64,000 nt of DNA from an uncultured Chloroflexia bacterium (GTDB lineage Bacteria; Chloroflexota; Limnocylindria; QHBO01). Shown piece by piece: positions 54,637 to 64,000 of this stretch. How positions within the stretch are numbered: the stretch's first letter is position 1; the number at the start of each line of letters is the position of its first letter. The stretch is from assembly GCA_963825525.1 (NCBI GenBank), contig CAWGTN010000002.1:1312001-1376000 (forward strand), given 5' to 3'. The position numbers were made by a program, and so were the translations under genes. The notes below the pieces were generated by a model. The model was not told the origin of the DNA. It ran no database searches and saw only the letters and a program-made list of their open reading frames with translations.

Positions 54637-55388
54637 CGCAGGCAGAGACCGCGGCGCCGGCCGCGAAGACGACGGGGACGCCGCTCCTGGATCTCCGAGA
54701 CATCCACGTCTACTACGGCAACATCGAGGCGCTCAAGGGCGTGTCGATGACGGTCGAGAAGGGCGAGATCGTGACCCTCATCGGCTCGAACGGGGCCGGC
54801 AAGAGCACGACGCTGCGGGCAATCAGCGGGACGCACAAGCCGCGCACCGGCTCGATCCTGCTCGACGGTCGGGAGATCCACCACATGCCCGCCCACGAGA
54901 TCGTCACGCTGGGTATCGCTCACTCTCCGGAAGGACGCAAGGTCTTCAGCCGCATGACGGTGTACGAGAACCTGCAGATGGGAGCCTTCAGCCGCAAGGG
55001 GCAGAAGATCGACGCTGACGTCGCCCGGGTCTACGACCTCTTCCCGCGCCTCAAGGAGCGCCGCACCCAGAAGGCGGGCACGATGTCGGGTGGCGAGCAG
55101 CAGATGCTGGCCATGGGTCGCGCGCTCATGGCCCATCCCACGATCCTGCTTCTCGACGAACCATCGATGGGGCTCTCCCCGATCCTGACGGAGCAGATCT
55201 TCAAGATCATCCACGAGATCAACGAGCAGGGCACGACCGTCCTCCTCGTCGAGCAGAACGCGCTGATGGCGCTCAACGCAGCGCACCGCGGCTACGTCAT
55301 CCAGACCGGCAAGATCCTGCTGGCCGATACCGCCAAGAACCTTGCGGCCAACGAGCAGGTGCGCCAGGCATACCTGGGCGAGATCTGA
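54633..55388 (+). CDS. livF: Branched-chain amino acid ABC ATP-binding protein
   Basis: GSNGAGKST, PEGRKVF, MSGGEQQMLAMGRALM, VEQNA. Confidence 0.93.
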
Positions 55389-55394
55389 GCCTGG

Positions 55395-55533
55395 GTGTCC
55401 GAGCAGCCGACCTCCGCCACGCGGCCCGGGCGACTACCGCCCGGACCTGCGGCCGATGGCAATCCTGGGCGTCCTGCTGCTGGCCGTCGTCATCGCCTGG
55501 CTCATCCTGTCGCCGCTCATCCTCCCGGGTTGA
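55395..55533 (+). CDS. Possible small single-TM protein (~45 aa with one frameshift, or 25 aa from ATG 55456)
   Basis: MAILGVLLLAVVIAWLILSPLILPG* is a clean TM helix directly after livF. Confidence 0.45.
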
Positions 55534-55676
55534 GCGCGTCTGTGCGCGTCGGGCCGCGTGGGCTTGTCAAACGCTCGCCACACGCGCATTAGCGGCGGGA
55601 GCGGACGCCAAACGCCGTCATTCGCGCTCAGCGCGCGCCACCAAAGGTCGCCGGACCTCGCTAACGCGAACCACGC

Positions 55677-55789
55677 GAGCAGTTGACAGGACGCGGGGCC
55701 GCGCCCCGCCAAACGCCTGCCGTGAGAGCAGTTGGCAGGAAGCGGCCACGCGCCCCGCCAAACGCCCGCAGCTCGAGCAGTTGACGAAA
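55677..55789. repeat. 49-bp-period direct repeats with a GAGCAGTTG(A/G)C core
   Basis: Cores at 55677, 55726 and 55775; CGCGCCCCGCCAAACGCC at 55700 and 55749. Confidence 0.8.
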
Positions 55790-55796
55790 GGCGCCA

Positions 55797-56226
55797 TCAG
55801 TAGCGGCGACGGACTCCGAACCCGGTCCCGGCCCCATACAGCACCAGGGCCACGCCGACCGCGGCCAGCGCCAACCCCGGCGACTGCTGCGGCAACGGCA
55901 GGTAGCCGACCGACCACAGCTCCCATCCGCGGTACATGAGTGCGGTCGCGCCGACGAGACCCAGCGCCAGGTACACGGCCGGAGCGTCAAGCAGGAATCC
56001 CCAGCGTCCGCGCATGTAACCGATGTCGAGCAACAGCAGCGCGGCGATGGCTGCTCCGAAGATCACCAGCCCGGGACCCTCGAAGCCCGATGCCCTCCTG
56101 GGCCGGGACCGGCACCCCGGATACCGAGTCACCACCGGCCCGCCACCACGGCAGGAAGCCGGAGCCGATCATGGCCAGGCTGCCGAGGAGGATCAGGAAC
56201 CGGAAGCGACGCCCGCCTCCGTCCAT
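55797..56226 (-). CDS. Hypothetical membrane protein; frameshift at ~56085
   Basis: ILLGSLAMIGSGFLPWW... joins FEGPGLVIFGAAIAALLLL... in the shifted frame. Confidence 0.65.
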
Positions 56227-56229
56227 CGG

Positions 56230-56787
56230 TCAGCCCTCCGGCGGTGCCCCGCCGTAGACCGACGGGCGCAGCACGCCGATGTAGGGCAGGTTGCGGTAGC
56301 GCTCCTCGTAGTCGAGGCCATACCCGATCACGAAGCGGTCGGGGATCGTGAAGCCGCGGTAATCGATCGGGATCTCGGCCAGTCGTCGCGCCGGCTTGTC
56401 CAGGAGGCAGATGATCGAGATCGAGGCGGGATGCCGCTCGGCAAGGTAGCGGAGCAGGTAGTTCAGCGTCAGCCCGGTGTCGATGATGTCCTCGACCACG
56501 ATGACGTCGCGCCCCTCGATCGGCTTCGACAGGTCCTTGAGGATCCGGACCTGTCCCGACGTCTCGGTGCCGGCGTAGCTGGAGACCTCCATGAGGTCGA
56601 TGCTCGACGGAAGGTCCATCGCCCGCATGAGATCCGCGAGGAAGACGAGCGAGCCCTTCAGCACGCTGATCAGGACCGGGTCTCGGCCCGCGTAGTCGGC
56701 GGTCAGCTGGGCGCCGAGCTCCGCGACGCGAGCGTCGATGGTGGCGGCGTCGATCAGGACCTCCTCGACGTCGTCGTGGAGGCTCAT
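56230..56787 (-). CDS. hpt: Hypoxanthine phosphoribosyltransferase
   Basis: VLKGSLVFLADL, VVEDIIDTGLTL, FVIGYGLDY..YRNLPYIG. Confidence 0.96.
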   Translation of the reverse strand: MSLHDDVEEVLIDAATIDARVAELGAQLTADYAGRDPVLISVLKGSLVFLADLMRAMDLPSSIDLMEVSSYAGTETSGQVRILKDLSKPIEGRDVIVVEDIIDTGLTLNYLLRYLAERHPASISIICLLDKPARRLAEIPIDYRGFTIPDRFVIGYGLDYEERYRNLPYIGVLRPSVYGGAPPEG

Positions 56788-57194
56788 CGGGCGGCGCTCC
56801 CGACGGCCGGCCCGGCGCCGGTCAGCGCGTGGGCTCCGTTCGCGGCGGTGACATCGGTGAGGAAGTCCAGGCGGCCGTACTTCAGCATGAGCGCCCGGAA
56901 GTCACGAGCGTAGAAGAGCTTCACGCGGACCTCGGGATACAGCTGCCGCATCCAGCGCAGCTTGCGGTTCTTCTTGCGCACCAGGGACTGCTTCAGGGTC
57001 GTCAGCTCGATGTAGAGGTCGATGTCGGGCAGGTAGAAATCGGGCGCGAAGGACTGAATGACCTGCCCTTCGGCGTTCCAGCAGATGGGGAAGACGTCGG
57101 GTTCGTATCGCCATGCGACACCGTAGTAGTCCAGGATCCTCGCCAGCTCCGCCTCGCTGTCGTGAGCGAAACGGGGTGGCGAGTCCGAGGTCAT
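56784..57194 (-). CDS. Small PD-(D/E)XK nuclease-like protein
   Basis: SEAELARILD..WRYEP..FAPDFYLP..LYIELTT..KKNRK. Confidence 0.7.
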   Translation of the reverse strand: MTSDSPPRFAHDSEAELARILDYYGVAWRYEPDVFPICWNAEGQVIQSFAPDFYLPDIDLYIELTTLKQSLVRKKNRKLRWMRQLYPEVRVKLFYARDFRALMLKYGRLDFLTDVTAANGAHALTGAGPAVGSAAR

Positions 57195-57270
57195 GTGAGC
57201 CGCCACCTGACCTCGATCGTAGCCCGCTGATCGGAACCTGACGCCATTGGCCCGAGTATATCCGCGCAGG

Positions 57271-57328
57271 TTATCCACAGATCGGCCGAGCCTGCGTGAT
57301 TGGTGGATAACTTCGCTTGTGATCCACC
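57271..57328. promoter_or_regulatory. DnaA-box cluster
   Basis: Perfect TTATCCACA at 57271-79; inverted 1-mismatch box at 57302-10; 2-mismatch TGATCCACC at 57320-28. Confidence 0.6.
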
Positions 57329-57473
57329 GGACGGCGCTGCTACGGTCGCCGTCCTGCTTCTGCGGGTGACCGAGTACGGTAACCGGTGGATGGCTCGGGG
57401 CCGATGCGAGAGCCGGCCGCGACGCCGGCCATCGCCGGGAAAACCGAAAGGGCATCCGTCAGGAGCATTTCCC

Positions 57474-58211
57474 ATGTCCGAGGGAAGCGGGATTCGGCGC
57501 GAGCTCGAGCGTCTCCTGGCCGGGGAGGCGGCTGGTCTCGCCATCGATCTGCCTCCGAGCTTCGGGGACGCGGCCGAGCGCTATGCGCTGCTGTTGCTCG
57601 AGGCAAACACGCGGATGAACCTCACCCGGATCACCAGCCCCGACGAGGTTGCGCGTCTGCACCTGCTCGACGCGCTCAGCGCCCTGCCGCTGATCGACGC
57701 TGCGGCCCCCGCCGACGCCCTGGATCTCGGGTCCGGCGGCGGCGTTCCGGGCCTGGTCCTCGCGCTGGCCCGCCCGAAGATGCGCTGGACGCTCGTCGAC
57801 TCGGTGCGCAAGAAGGCCGATGCGCTCCGCGAATTCGCCACCGCGCTCGACCTGGCGAACGTGACGGTGGTGGGCGAGCGGGCCGAGGTCCTGGGAAGGG
57901 CGGCCTCTCACCGGGGTCGCTACGGTCTCGTGACCGCCCGCGCGTGCGCCCCACTGCCCGTCCTCGCCGAGTACGCCCTGCCGTTGATCACCGAGGGCGG
58001 ACTGGCAGTGGCCTGGAAGGGATCCATGACCGAGGCAGAGACCACCGCGGGCGAAGCCGCGTCGGCACGGCTTGGTGGCAGGTTGGAGCTCCATCCACCG
58101 ACGAGCCCCGCGCTGGGTCAGCGCCGATTCGCGCTCATCCACAAGGTCGGCGCCACGCCGGAGCGCTACCCGCGACGGCCGGGCGAGGCCGCCAGGCGGC
58201 CGCTCCACTGA
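57474..58211 (+). CDS. rsmG: 16S rRNA m7G527 methyltransferase RsmG (GidB)
   Basis: MNLTRI, HLLDAL, DLGSGGGVPG, RAE, TARA, YPRRPG. Confidence 0.93.
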   Translation: MSEGSGIRRELERLLAGEAAGLAIDLPPSFGDAAERYALLLLEANTRMNLTRITSPDEVARLHLLDALSALPLIDAAAPADALDLGSGGGVPGLVLALARPKMRWTLVDSVRKKADALREFATALDLANVTVVGERAEVLGRAASHRGRYGLVTARACAPLPVLAEYALPLITEGGLAVAWKGSMTEAETTAGEAASARLGGRLELHPPTSPALGQRRFALIHKVGATPERYPRRPGEAARRPLH

Positions 58212-58245
58212 CGCCGGCCCGAGCGTCGGTATACTCCGCCTTCGC

Positions 58246-58980
58246 ATGCGCATTGCCGTCCTGTCGGACATCCACGCCAATCTGCCCGCCCTGGAGGCGG
58301 TGCGCGCCCATTTCGGTGACGTCGACCAGGTCTGGGTGCTCGGCGACATCGTCGGGTACGGCCCGCAGCCGAACGAGGTGATCTCGGCCCTGCAGGAGAT
58401 GGGGGCGCGCAGCGTGCTCGGCAACCATGATGGCGCCGCCATCGGCACCGTCGACGCCGCCTACTTCAACCCGGACGCGCGCGCGGCGATCGAGTGGACG
58501 GCAGGGGTCCTCGACGCCAACGCGCGGTCCTACCTCGCGACGCTGCCCGAGGTCCGCCGGGACGGCGAGCTCACCGCGGTCCACGGGTCGCCCCGTGATC
58601 CGATCTGGGAGTACATCACCAGCAGTGGCATCGCGGCCGCCAACTTCGACCATTTCGACACGCGACTGTGCCTCTTCGGCCACACCCACCTTCCGGTCGC
58701 CTACCGAGTCACCGACGACGGGATCGAGGCGCAGCCCGCATTGCCCGGCGACGCCGTGCGCATCGGCCCCGCGCGGGCACTGCTCAATCCCGGAAGCGTC
58801 GGCCAGCCACGCGACGGGTTGCCCGACGCCGCCTACGCCGTCCTGGAGCTGGGCGAGACGATCGACGACGCGACGATGCGGTTCCACCGCGTTCGCTATG
58901 ACATTGACCGCACGCAACGCCAGATGCGATCCGTGGGCCTGCCGGCACGCCTGGTCGAGCGTCTGAGCTTCGGTCGCTGA
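58246..58980 (+). CDS. Metallophosphoesterase family protein
   Basis: SDIHAN, GDIVGYG, GNHD, HGSP, GHTH, NPGSVGQPRD. Confidence 0.92.
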   Translation: MRIAVLSDIHANLPALEAVRAHFGDVDQVWVLGDIVGYGPQPNEVISALQEMGARSVLGNHDGAAIGTVDAAYFNPDARAAIEWTAGVLDANARSYLATLPEVRRDGELTAVHGSPRDPIWEYITSSGIAAANFDHFDTRLCLFGHTHLPVAYRVTDDGIEAQPALPGDAVRIGPARALLNPGSVGQPRDGLPDAAYAVLELGETIDDATMRFHRVRYDIDRTQRQMRSVGLPARLVERLSFGR

Positions 58981-59039
58981 TCGTCCAACGCATCCTGCAC
59001 TCGCAATCGCGGTGCGGGGCGCCGTAGGATAGCCGCGCC

Positions 59040-59531
59040 ATGGCCTTCTTTCGCCGATCAGAGAAACCCACCAATCCGTTCGAGTACGCGCGGGTCCTCG
59101 TCCCGTTGCTGGGTGTGGACGAGGTGGACGGCCCGGCCCTCAAGGTGGCCGCGCTCCTCCTGGCGGGACGCGCGGACACCGAGATCTCGCTCCTCCACGT
59201 CATCGAGGTCCCGTTCGACCAGACGCTCGATCGCGAGAACGAGGACGCGGTGGCGGCCGCCGACCAGGTCCTGTCACGAGCCGAGTCGATCCTCGTCGAG
59301 CGAGGCATCGCGGTCCGGACCAGCACGGTACAGGCGCGAGCCGCCGGCGCAGCGATCGTCGACGATGCGAATGAGCTGGGAGCGGAGCTCATCATCATGG
59401 GCCTTCGCTACAAGAAGCGATTCGGAGGACAATGGGACGCGGGACGGACTGTCCCGTACGTGATGCGCAACTCGACAGCACCGGTGTGGTGCCTGCGCGC
59501 CGAGACAAAGGAGCTGGCACACACGCCATGA
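59040..59531 (+). CDS. Universal stress protein
   Basis: VLVPL, LLHVIEVP, AIVDDA..AELIIMG, GRTVPYVMRN. Confidence 0.85.
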   Translation: MAFFRRSEKPTNPFEYARVLVPLLGVDEVDGPALKVAALLLAGRADTEISLLHVIEVPFDQTLDRENEDAVAAADQVLSRAESILVERGIAVRTSTVQARAAGAAIVDDANELGAELIIMGLRYKKRFGGQWDAGRTVPYVMRNSTAPVWCLRAETKELAHTP

Positions 59532-60100
59532 GGGTCATCATCATCGGCTGCGGTCGCGTCGGTGCCCGGGTCGCTGCGGAGCTCGATACCCGCGGCGAGC
59601 ACGTCACCGTCATCGACATCAGCCCGCGCGCGTTCGACCGCCTGCCCTCGACGTTCGGCGGCGAGACGGTGCGCGGCAACGGGACGGACGAGGACGTCGT
59701 CCGCAGCGCCGGAGCGGAGCAGGCGGACGTCGTCATGGCCCTGACCGAGGGCGACAACCGCAACGCGCTGGCGGCCCAGCTGGCGAAGCACACGTTCGGC
59801 GTGCCGCGCGTGATCGCGAAGATCAACGACCCGCTGCGGGGCGAGGCCTACCGGGCGCTCGGCGTTGAGACGATCTGTCGCACGATCATCCTGGGCGACG
59901 CGCTGATCACCGCCGCGCAGGAGGGAGCGGAGGCGACCAACGGCTTCGTCGAGGCGGCCACCGCCGAGCCGCGCAGGATCGCGCCGACGCTTGACACCTC
60001 GGCAGTTGAAGCCATGGATGACGTCGATGCCGCCGCATCCGACGAGGACGACGAGTCGCACGACGCAACCATCGTCCAGCCCGGCGAAGGGAGCTTCTGA
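59528..60100 (+). CDS. TrkA-N (RCK) domain protein with an acidic tail
   Basis: IIGCGRVGA, GNGTDE, TEGDNRN, VPRVIAKI. Confidence 0.88.
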   Translation: MRVIIIGCGRVGARVAAELDTRGEHVTVIDISPRAFDRLPSTFGGETVRGNGTDEDVVRSAGAEQADVVMALTEGDNRNALAAQLAKHTFGVPRVIAKINDPLRGEAYRALGVETICRTIILGDALITAAQEGAEATNGFVEAATAEPRRIAPTLDTSAVEAMDDVDAAASDEDDESHDATIVQPGEGSF

Positions 60101-60759
60101 TGTACGTCGTTGTCGTCGGGGGCGGGAACGTGGGGTACTACCTCACCAAGGAGCTGCTGGCCGCCGGCCACGAGGTCGTGGTGATCGAGGAGGACCAGGT
60201 CAGGGCACGCCAGATCGCGGACGAGCTCGGGAGCATCGTGGTCGCCAACGATGGCTGCGAAGGCCGATACCAGGCCGAGGCGGGCATGGCGCGCGCCGAT
60301 GTGATGGCCGCCGTGACCGGCGATGACGCGGTGAACCTGGCGGCATGCCAGATCGCAAAGATGCGGTTCAACGTCCCGCGTTCGATCGCCCGCATCAACG
60401 ACCCGAAGAACGAGAAGCTGTTCCGAGACCTGTCGATCGACGAGACGGTCAGCCCGACTCGGTCGATCCTGGGCGTCATCGAGCACGAGATCCCGATCCA
60501 CGACCTGCTCCATCTCGCCGAGCTGGAGGGCGGTGGCGTCCAGATCGTGGAGGCTCAGCTGGACGCCGACTCGCCCGCCATCGGACGCGAGCTGCGCGAG
60601 CTGAACCTGCCGGAGGGCAGCACGGTTGCCGTGCTGATCCGGGATGAGCGCGCGCAGTCGCCCCGATCGGATACCAAGCTGCGAACCGGAGACAAGGTCC
60701 TGGCCGTGACGTCGCCCGAGGGCGAGGCGGAGTTGCGGCGCCTGCTCATCGGCGAGTGA
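60100..60759 (+). CDS. trkA: TrkA family potassium uptake protein (RCK-N plus RCK-C)
   Basis: VVGGGNVG, TGDDAVN, IARINDPKN, C-terminal GDKVL. Confidence 0.88.
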   Translation: MYVVVVGGGNVGYYLTKELLAAGHEVVVIEEDQVRARQIADELGSIVVANDGCEGRYQAEAGMARADVMAAVTGDDAVNLAACQIAKMRFNVPRSIARINDPKNEKLFRDLSIDETVSPTRSILGVIEHEIPIHDLLHLAELEGGGVQIVEAQLDADSPAIGRELRELNLPEGSTVAVLIRDERAQSPRSDTKLRTGDKVLAVTSPEGEAELRRLLIGE

Positions 60760-61499
60760 CCGGCCCGGAGCCGGGAACGGTTCTGCGACGTGCCCTGGCC
60801 GCGTGGGGCCTCGGCCACCTGGCGCTCGGCCGCCGAGCGGCGGGCATTGCGCTTCTGGCAGCCGAGGCCGTGTCACTCGGGCTGGTGTGGTGGCTGACGG
60901 TGGAGCTGGCCGGCACCAGCGCGTATCTCGTCCCGTTCCTGGCGGGCATGGCCTTCATCGCGGCCTGGGCCTGGCAGGCGGTGGCCGCCTACCAGCTGGC
61001 GCACGTCACGCGCGTCGCCCGCCCACCGACCCCGGAGCGCTCGCCGGCGGCGGCCATCGGATGGCTGAGCCTTCCACTCCTGGTGTGGGGCAGCGGATTC
61101 TGGCTCATCGGCGAGGGCGCTGGAACGCCTGCCGCCGTCCTGGACTCGTTCGTCACCGAATGGAGCCGGGGTGAGCTCGGATCGGCATGGCCCTCGGAAG
61201 TGCGTTCGGCGGCACGGATCGCCGAACGTCGGCTCGGAAGCGAGTCCGATCGCTTCCACGATGTTCGATTCTCCGTGGAGGAGGTCGGTCCCGGACGCGC
61301 ACGGGCCGTCGCACAGTCGATCCACTACGAGCGCCGGCCCTCGACCTTCCTGGGCGTGTTCCCCGGCAGCGAGCTGGTGCCGATCACCGATGAGCGTGTG
61401 CTGGCCCTCGAATTCGAGTCAGTGCCCGTCGAGCTGCCGATCTTCGGTGATGTCGGCGCGGTGCGATGGATCCTGGTAGGCGCAGACCCGCTTCGCTGA
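60756..61499 (+). CDS. Hypothetical membrane protein
   Basis: GLGHLALG plus three TM segments; overlaps the trkA stop. Confidence 0.7.
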   Translation: MTGPEPGTVLRRALAAWGLGHLALGRRAAGIALLAAEAVSLGLVWWLTVELAGTSAYLVPFLAGMAFIAAWAWQAVAAYQLAHVTRVARPPTPERSPAAAIGWLSLPLLVWGSGFWLIGEGAGTPAAVLDSFVTEWSRGELGSAWPSEVRSAARIAERRLGSESDRFHDVRFSVEEVGPGRARAVAQSIHYERRPSTFLGVFPGSELVPITDERVLALEFESVPVELPIFGDVGAVRWILVGADPLR

Positions 61500-61509
61500 A
61501 GCCCAGTGC

Positions 61510-61550
61510 TTGTCAGCAACCTTGACAACACCATTGTCAGGGTTTATGTT
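61510..61550 (+). promoter_or_regulatory. Sigma70 promoter TTGACA-N17-TATGTT overlapped by TTGTCA/TGACAA inverted repeats
   Basis: -35 at 61522-27, -10 at 61545-50; hexamers at 61510, 61523 and 61534. Confidence 0.75.
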
Positions 61551-61617
61551 GCCCTCACGTTCGCACCGATCGACGGTGCACGTGTGAAAACAAAGCGTTT
61601 TCGAGAGGGACAACACG

Positions 61618-62103
61618 ATGGCAAACATCACCAGGTTCGATCCGATCGGTGAGATGGTCTCCCTGCGCTCGGCGATGGACCGTCTCTTCGAAGACTCGGT
61701 GGTCAGCCCGACGGGCTGGCGCACGATCGGTGCCGGAGACTCGATCACGCCCCCGTTGGACGTGCACGAGACACCGGATGAGATCGTGGTCACGGCTTCC
61801 CTGCCCGGCGTGACGGCGGATGACGTCGAGATCACCATGACCGGCCAGAGCCTCACCCTTCGGGGCGAGTTCAAGGCCAGCGACAAGGTCAAGCGTGATC
61901 AGTACCTGTACCGGGAGCGCCGCTTCGGCTCGTTCAGCCGCAGCATCCAGCTTCCGGTCCGCGTCGAAAGCGAGCGGGCCGACGCCACCTTCACCGATGG
62001 CGTTCTGACCCTCCGCATCCCGAAGGCGGAAGAGGTCAAGCCGCGCCAGATCCGGATCAATGCGGGCGTCACCGAGACATCCGAAAACGGATCCCGGGCG
62101 TAG
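61618..62103 (+). CDS. Hsp20/alpha-crystallin family protein
   Basis: MDRLFE, PPLDVHE, ERRFGSFSRSIQLP, DGVLTLRIPK. Confidence 0.95.
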   Translation: MANITRFDPIGEMVSLRSAMDRLFEDSVVSPTGWRTIGAGDSITPPLDVHETPDEIVVTASLPGVTADDVEITMTGQSLTLRGEFKASDKVKRDQYLYRERRFGSFSRSIQLPVRVESERADATFTDGVLTLRIPKAEEVKPRQIRINAGVTETSENGSRA

Positions 62104-62110
62104 TACTGGC

Positions 62111-62515
62111 GTGGATCGTCCGCGGCGCGAGGCGCCCACACCGACCGGGGCCGCGCGGCGCAACGATCAGACCCGTCCCCGATACATCATCAGCATCGCC
62201 GCCGAGCTGGCGAGCTGCCATCCGCGGACGCTGCGGATCTACGAGGAGGAGGGACTCCTCAGTCCGCAGCGCCGCAACAACCTCCGTCTCTACAGCGAGG
62301 CGGATATCAAGCGCGTTCGTATCATTCGTTTCCTGACGCGTCGACAGCGAGTCAACCTCGCCGGCGTGCGGGTCATCCTTCAGCTCGAGTCACTCGGGAA
62401 GATCCGGGTTTACGATCTGTTCGATGAGGACGATGTAGAGCGATTTGCCGAAGACCAGGACGAGCCAGGACTCGTCGAACCATCGGCTGAAGGAGCACCC
62501 AAGCGTGGCAACTGA
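62111..62515 (+). CDS. hspR: HspR-like MerR family regulator
   Basis: [35 protein letters not shown]. Confidence 0.82.
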   Translation: MDRPRREAPTPTGAARRNDQTRPRYIISIAAELASCHPRTLRIYEEEGLLSPQRRNNLRLYSEADIKRVRIIRFLTRRQRVNLAGVRVILQLESLGKIRVYDLFDEDDVERFAEDQDEPGLVEPSAEGAPKRGN

Positions 62516-64000
62516 CGAGACCCAAGACATTCCCGAGGCAGCGGCCAGCGAGGAGAACGGTGCCGACCTGGAGCGAGTCCAGGTCCTGCCCCTCGTCGCC
62601 CTGCGTGACACGGTCATCTTCCCGGAGATGATCGTGCCCCTCCAGGTCGGCCGCGACCGCAGCGTCAAGGCGCTGGATCGCGCTGTTCGCACCTCGCAGC
62701 CGGTGGCCCTGGTGACCCAGCGCTCGAGTGAGCAGGAAGAGATCACCAGCGCCGACGAGCTGTATCCGATCGGCACCCTGGCCAAGATCGCCCAGGTCAT
62801 CCGCCTGCAGGACGGCACCATCCGGGCCATCGTCCAGGGACAGCGCCGGATTCGACTGCTCGACCTGGTCCAGAGCGAGCCGCATCTCGAGGCACGCGTC
62901 GAGGTGATCGACGACGTCGAGGAGAAGACCCTCGAGGTCGAGGCTCTCATGGCCTCCATCCATGCCCAGATCGAGCAGTACGTCAGCAGCGGGGCATCGG
63001 TGCCGCCCGAGGTGGCGGTCGCGGCGCGCAACATCAGCGACGGCGGCCTGCTGGCCGACATGACGGCGTACAGCCCGGACATGAGCACGGAGCAGCGGCA
63101 GGAGCTGCTGGAGACCGTCAACGTGGCCGACCGGCTTCGGCTGGCCAGCCAGTTCCTGGCCAAGCAGATCGAGGTCCTGGAGCTCAAGGGCCGTATTCAG
63201 AGCGAGGTCAAGTCCGAGATGGACAAGACCCAGCGCGAGTACATCCTGCGCGAGCAGATGAAGGCCATCCAGAAGGAGCTCGGCGAGGACGATCCCGCGG
63301 TCGCCGAAGCCAGCGAGCTGCGTGAGCGCGTCGAGCAGTCGGCGATGCCCGAGGAGGTCAAGGAGCGCGCCCTCAAGGAGGTCGACCGCCTCAGCCGGAT
63401 TCCCAGTGCCAGCCCGGAGCAGGGCGTCATTCGCACGTACGTCGACTGGCTCGTGAGCCTGCCGTGGGGCATCGAGACCGATGACAACCTGGACCTCGAG
63501 GACGCCGAGAAGATCCTCAACGAGGATCATTGGGGCCTGGAGAAGCCGAAGGAGCGGATCGTCGAGTACATGGCCGTGCGCAAGCTGGCCGAGAAGATCC
63601 GATCCCCCATCCTGCTGTTCGTCGGGCCGCCCGGCGTCGGCAAGACGAGCCTCGGCAAGAGCATCGCTCGGGCCATGGGCCGCAAGTTCGTGCGGATGAG
63701 CCTGGGCGGTATCCACGACGAGGCCGAGATCCGCGGACATCGGCGCACCTACATCGGGGCGCTGCCGGGCCGCGTGATGCAGAACATCAAGACGGCGGGA
63801 TCGGCGAATCCGGTGTTCATGCTCGACGAGATCGACAAGGTCGGCATGGACTTCCGCGGCGATCCGTCATCGGCCCTGCTCGAGGTGCTCGATCCGGAGC
63901 AGAACAACACCTTCGCGGACAACTACCTCGAGGTGCCGTTCGACCTGAGCAAGGTGCTCTTCATCGCGACAGCGAACATGCTCGACACCATTCCGGCCGC
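62505..64000 (+). CDS. lon: Lon protease (3' truncated by window)
   Basis: GTG after AAGGAG; [67 protein letters not shown]. Confidence 0.96.
   Translation, partial: MATDETQDIPEAAASEENGADLERVQVLPLVALRDTVIFPEMIVPLQVGRDRSVKALDRAVRTSQPVALVTQRSSEQEEITSADELYPIGTLAKIAQVIRLQDGTIRAIVQGQRRIRLLDLVQSEPHLEARVEVIDDVEEKTLEVEALMASIHAQIEQYVSSGASVPPEVAVAARNISDGGLLADMTAYSPDMSTEQRQELLETVNVADRLRLASQFLAKQIEVLELKGRIQSEVKSEMDKTQREYILREQMKAIQKELGEDDPAVAEASELRERVEQSAMPEEVKERALKEVDRLSRIPSASPEQGVIRTYVDWLVSLPWGIETDDNLDLEDAEKILNEDHWGLEKPKERIVEYMAVRKLAEKIRSPILLFVGPPGVGKTSLGKSIARAMGRKFVRMSLGGIHDEAEIRGHRRTYIGALPGRVMQNIKTAGSANPVFMLDEIDKVGMDFRGDPSSALLEVLDPEQNNTFADNYLEVPFDLSKVLFIATANMLDTIPA

Noticed and set aside
55677-55789. 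Possible mini-CRISPR array
   Set aside because: The conserved core is only ~11-15 bp, the intervening sequences resemble each other, and no cas genes are in the window.
57195-57473. Chromosomal origin oriC
   Set aside because: Only 2-3 DnaA boxes, no AT-rich unwinding element and no dnaA/dnaN; kept only as a DnaA-box cluster.

Overview
64 kb of a very GC-rich bacterial chromosome. Gene content and style are compatible with Chloroflexota or Actinomycetota (inference only). It is mostly housekeeping and metabolic sequence: peptide and branched-chain amino acid ABC transporters, MoxR/DUF58, hmgA/FAH, fabI, holB, hpt, rsmG, a TrkA pair, hsp20-hspR-lon, tRNA-Asp and tRNA-Arg. There is also a ~7.4 kb gene for a giant secreted protein. 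I saw no transposase, integrase, phage or CRISPR system. About 11 genes carry frameshifts that look like sequencing/assembly indels. The most interesting signals are non-coding: (i) a self-contained promoter-RNA-terminator cassette at 41528-41705 whose predicted fold displays a telomere-like GGGUAGGUUAGGGUUAGGGUAG loop; (ii) a second rod-like structured RNA candidate at 25254-25390; (iii) three different intergenic repeat clusters; (iv) DnaA boxes in front of a PD-(D/E)XK-like gene coupled to hpt; (v) a non-HAIR operator over the hsp20-hspR-lon promoter; and (vi) pervasive leaderless gene starts. Family calls come from motif recognition; no database search or folding program was run.
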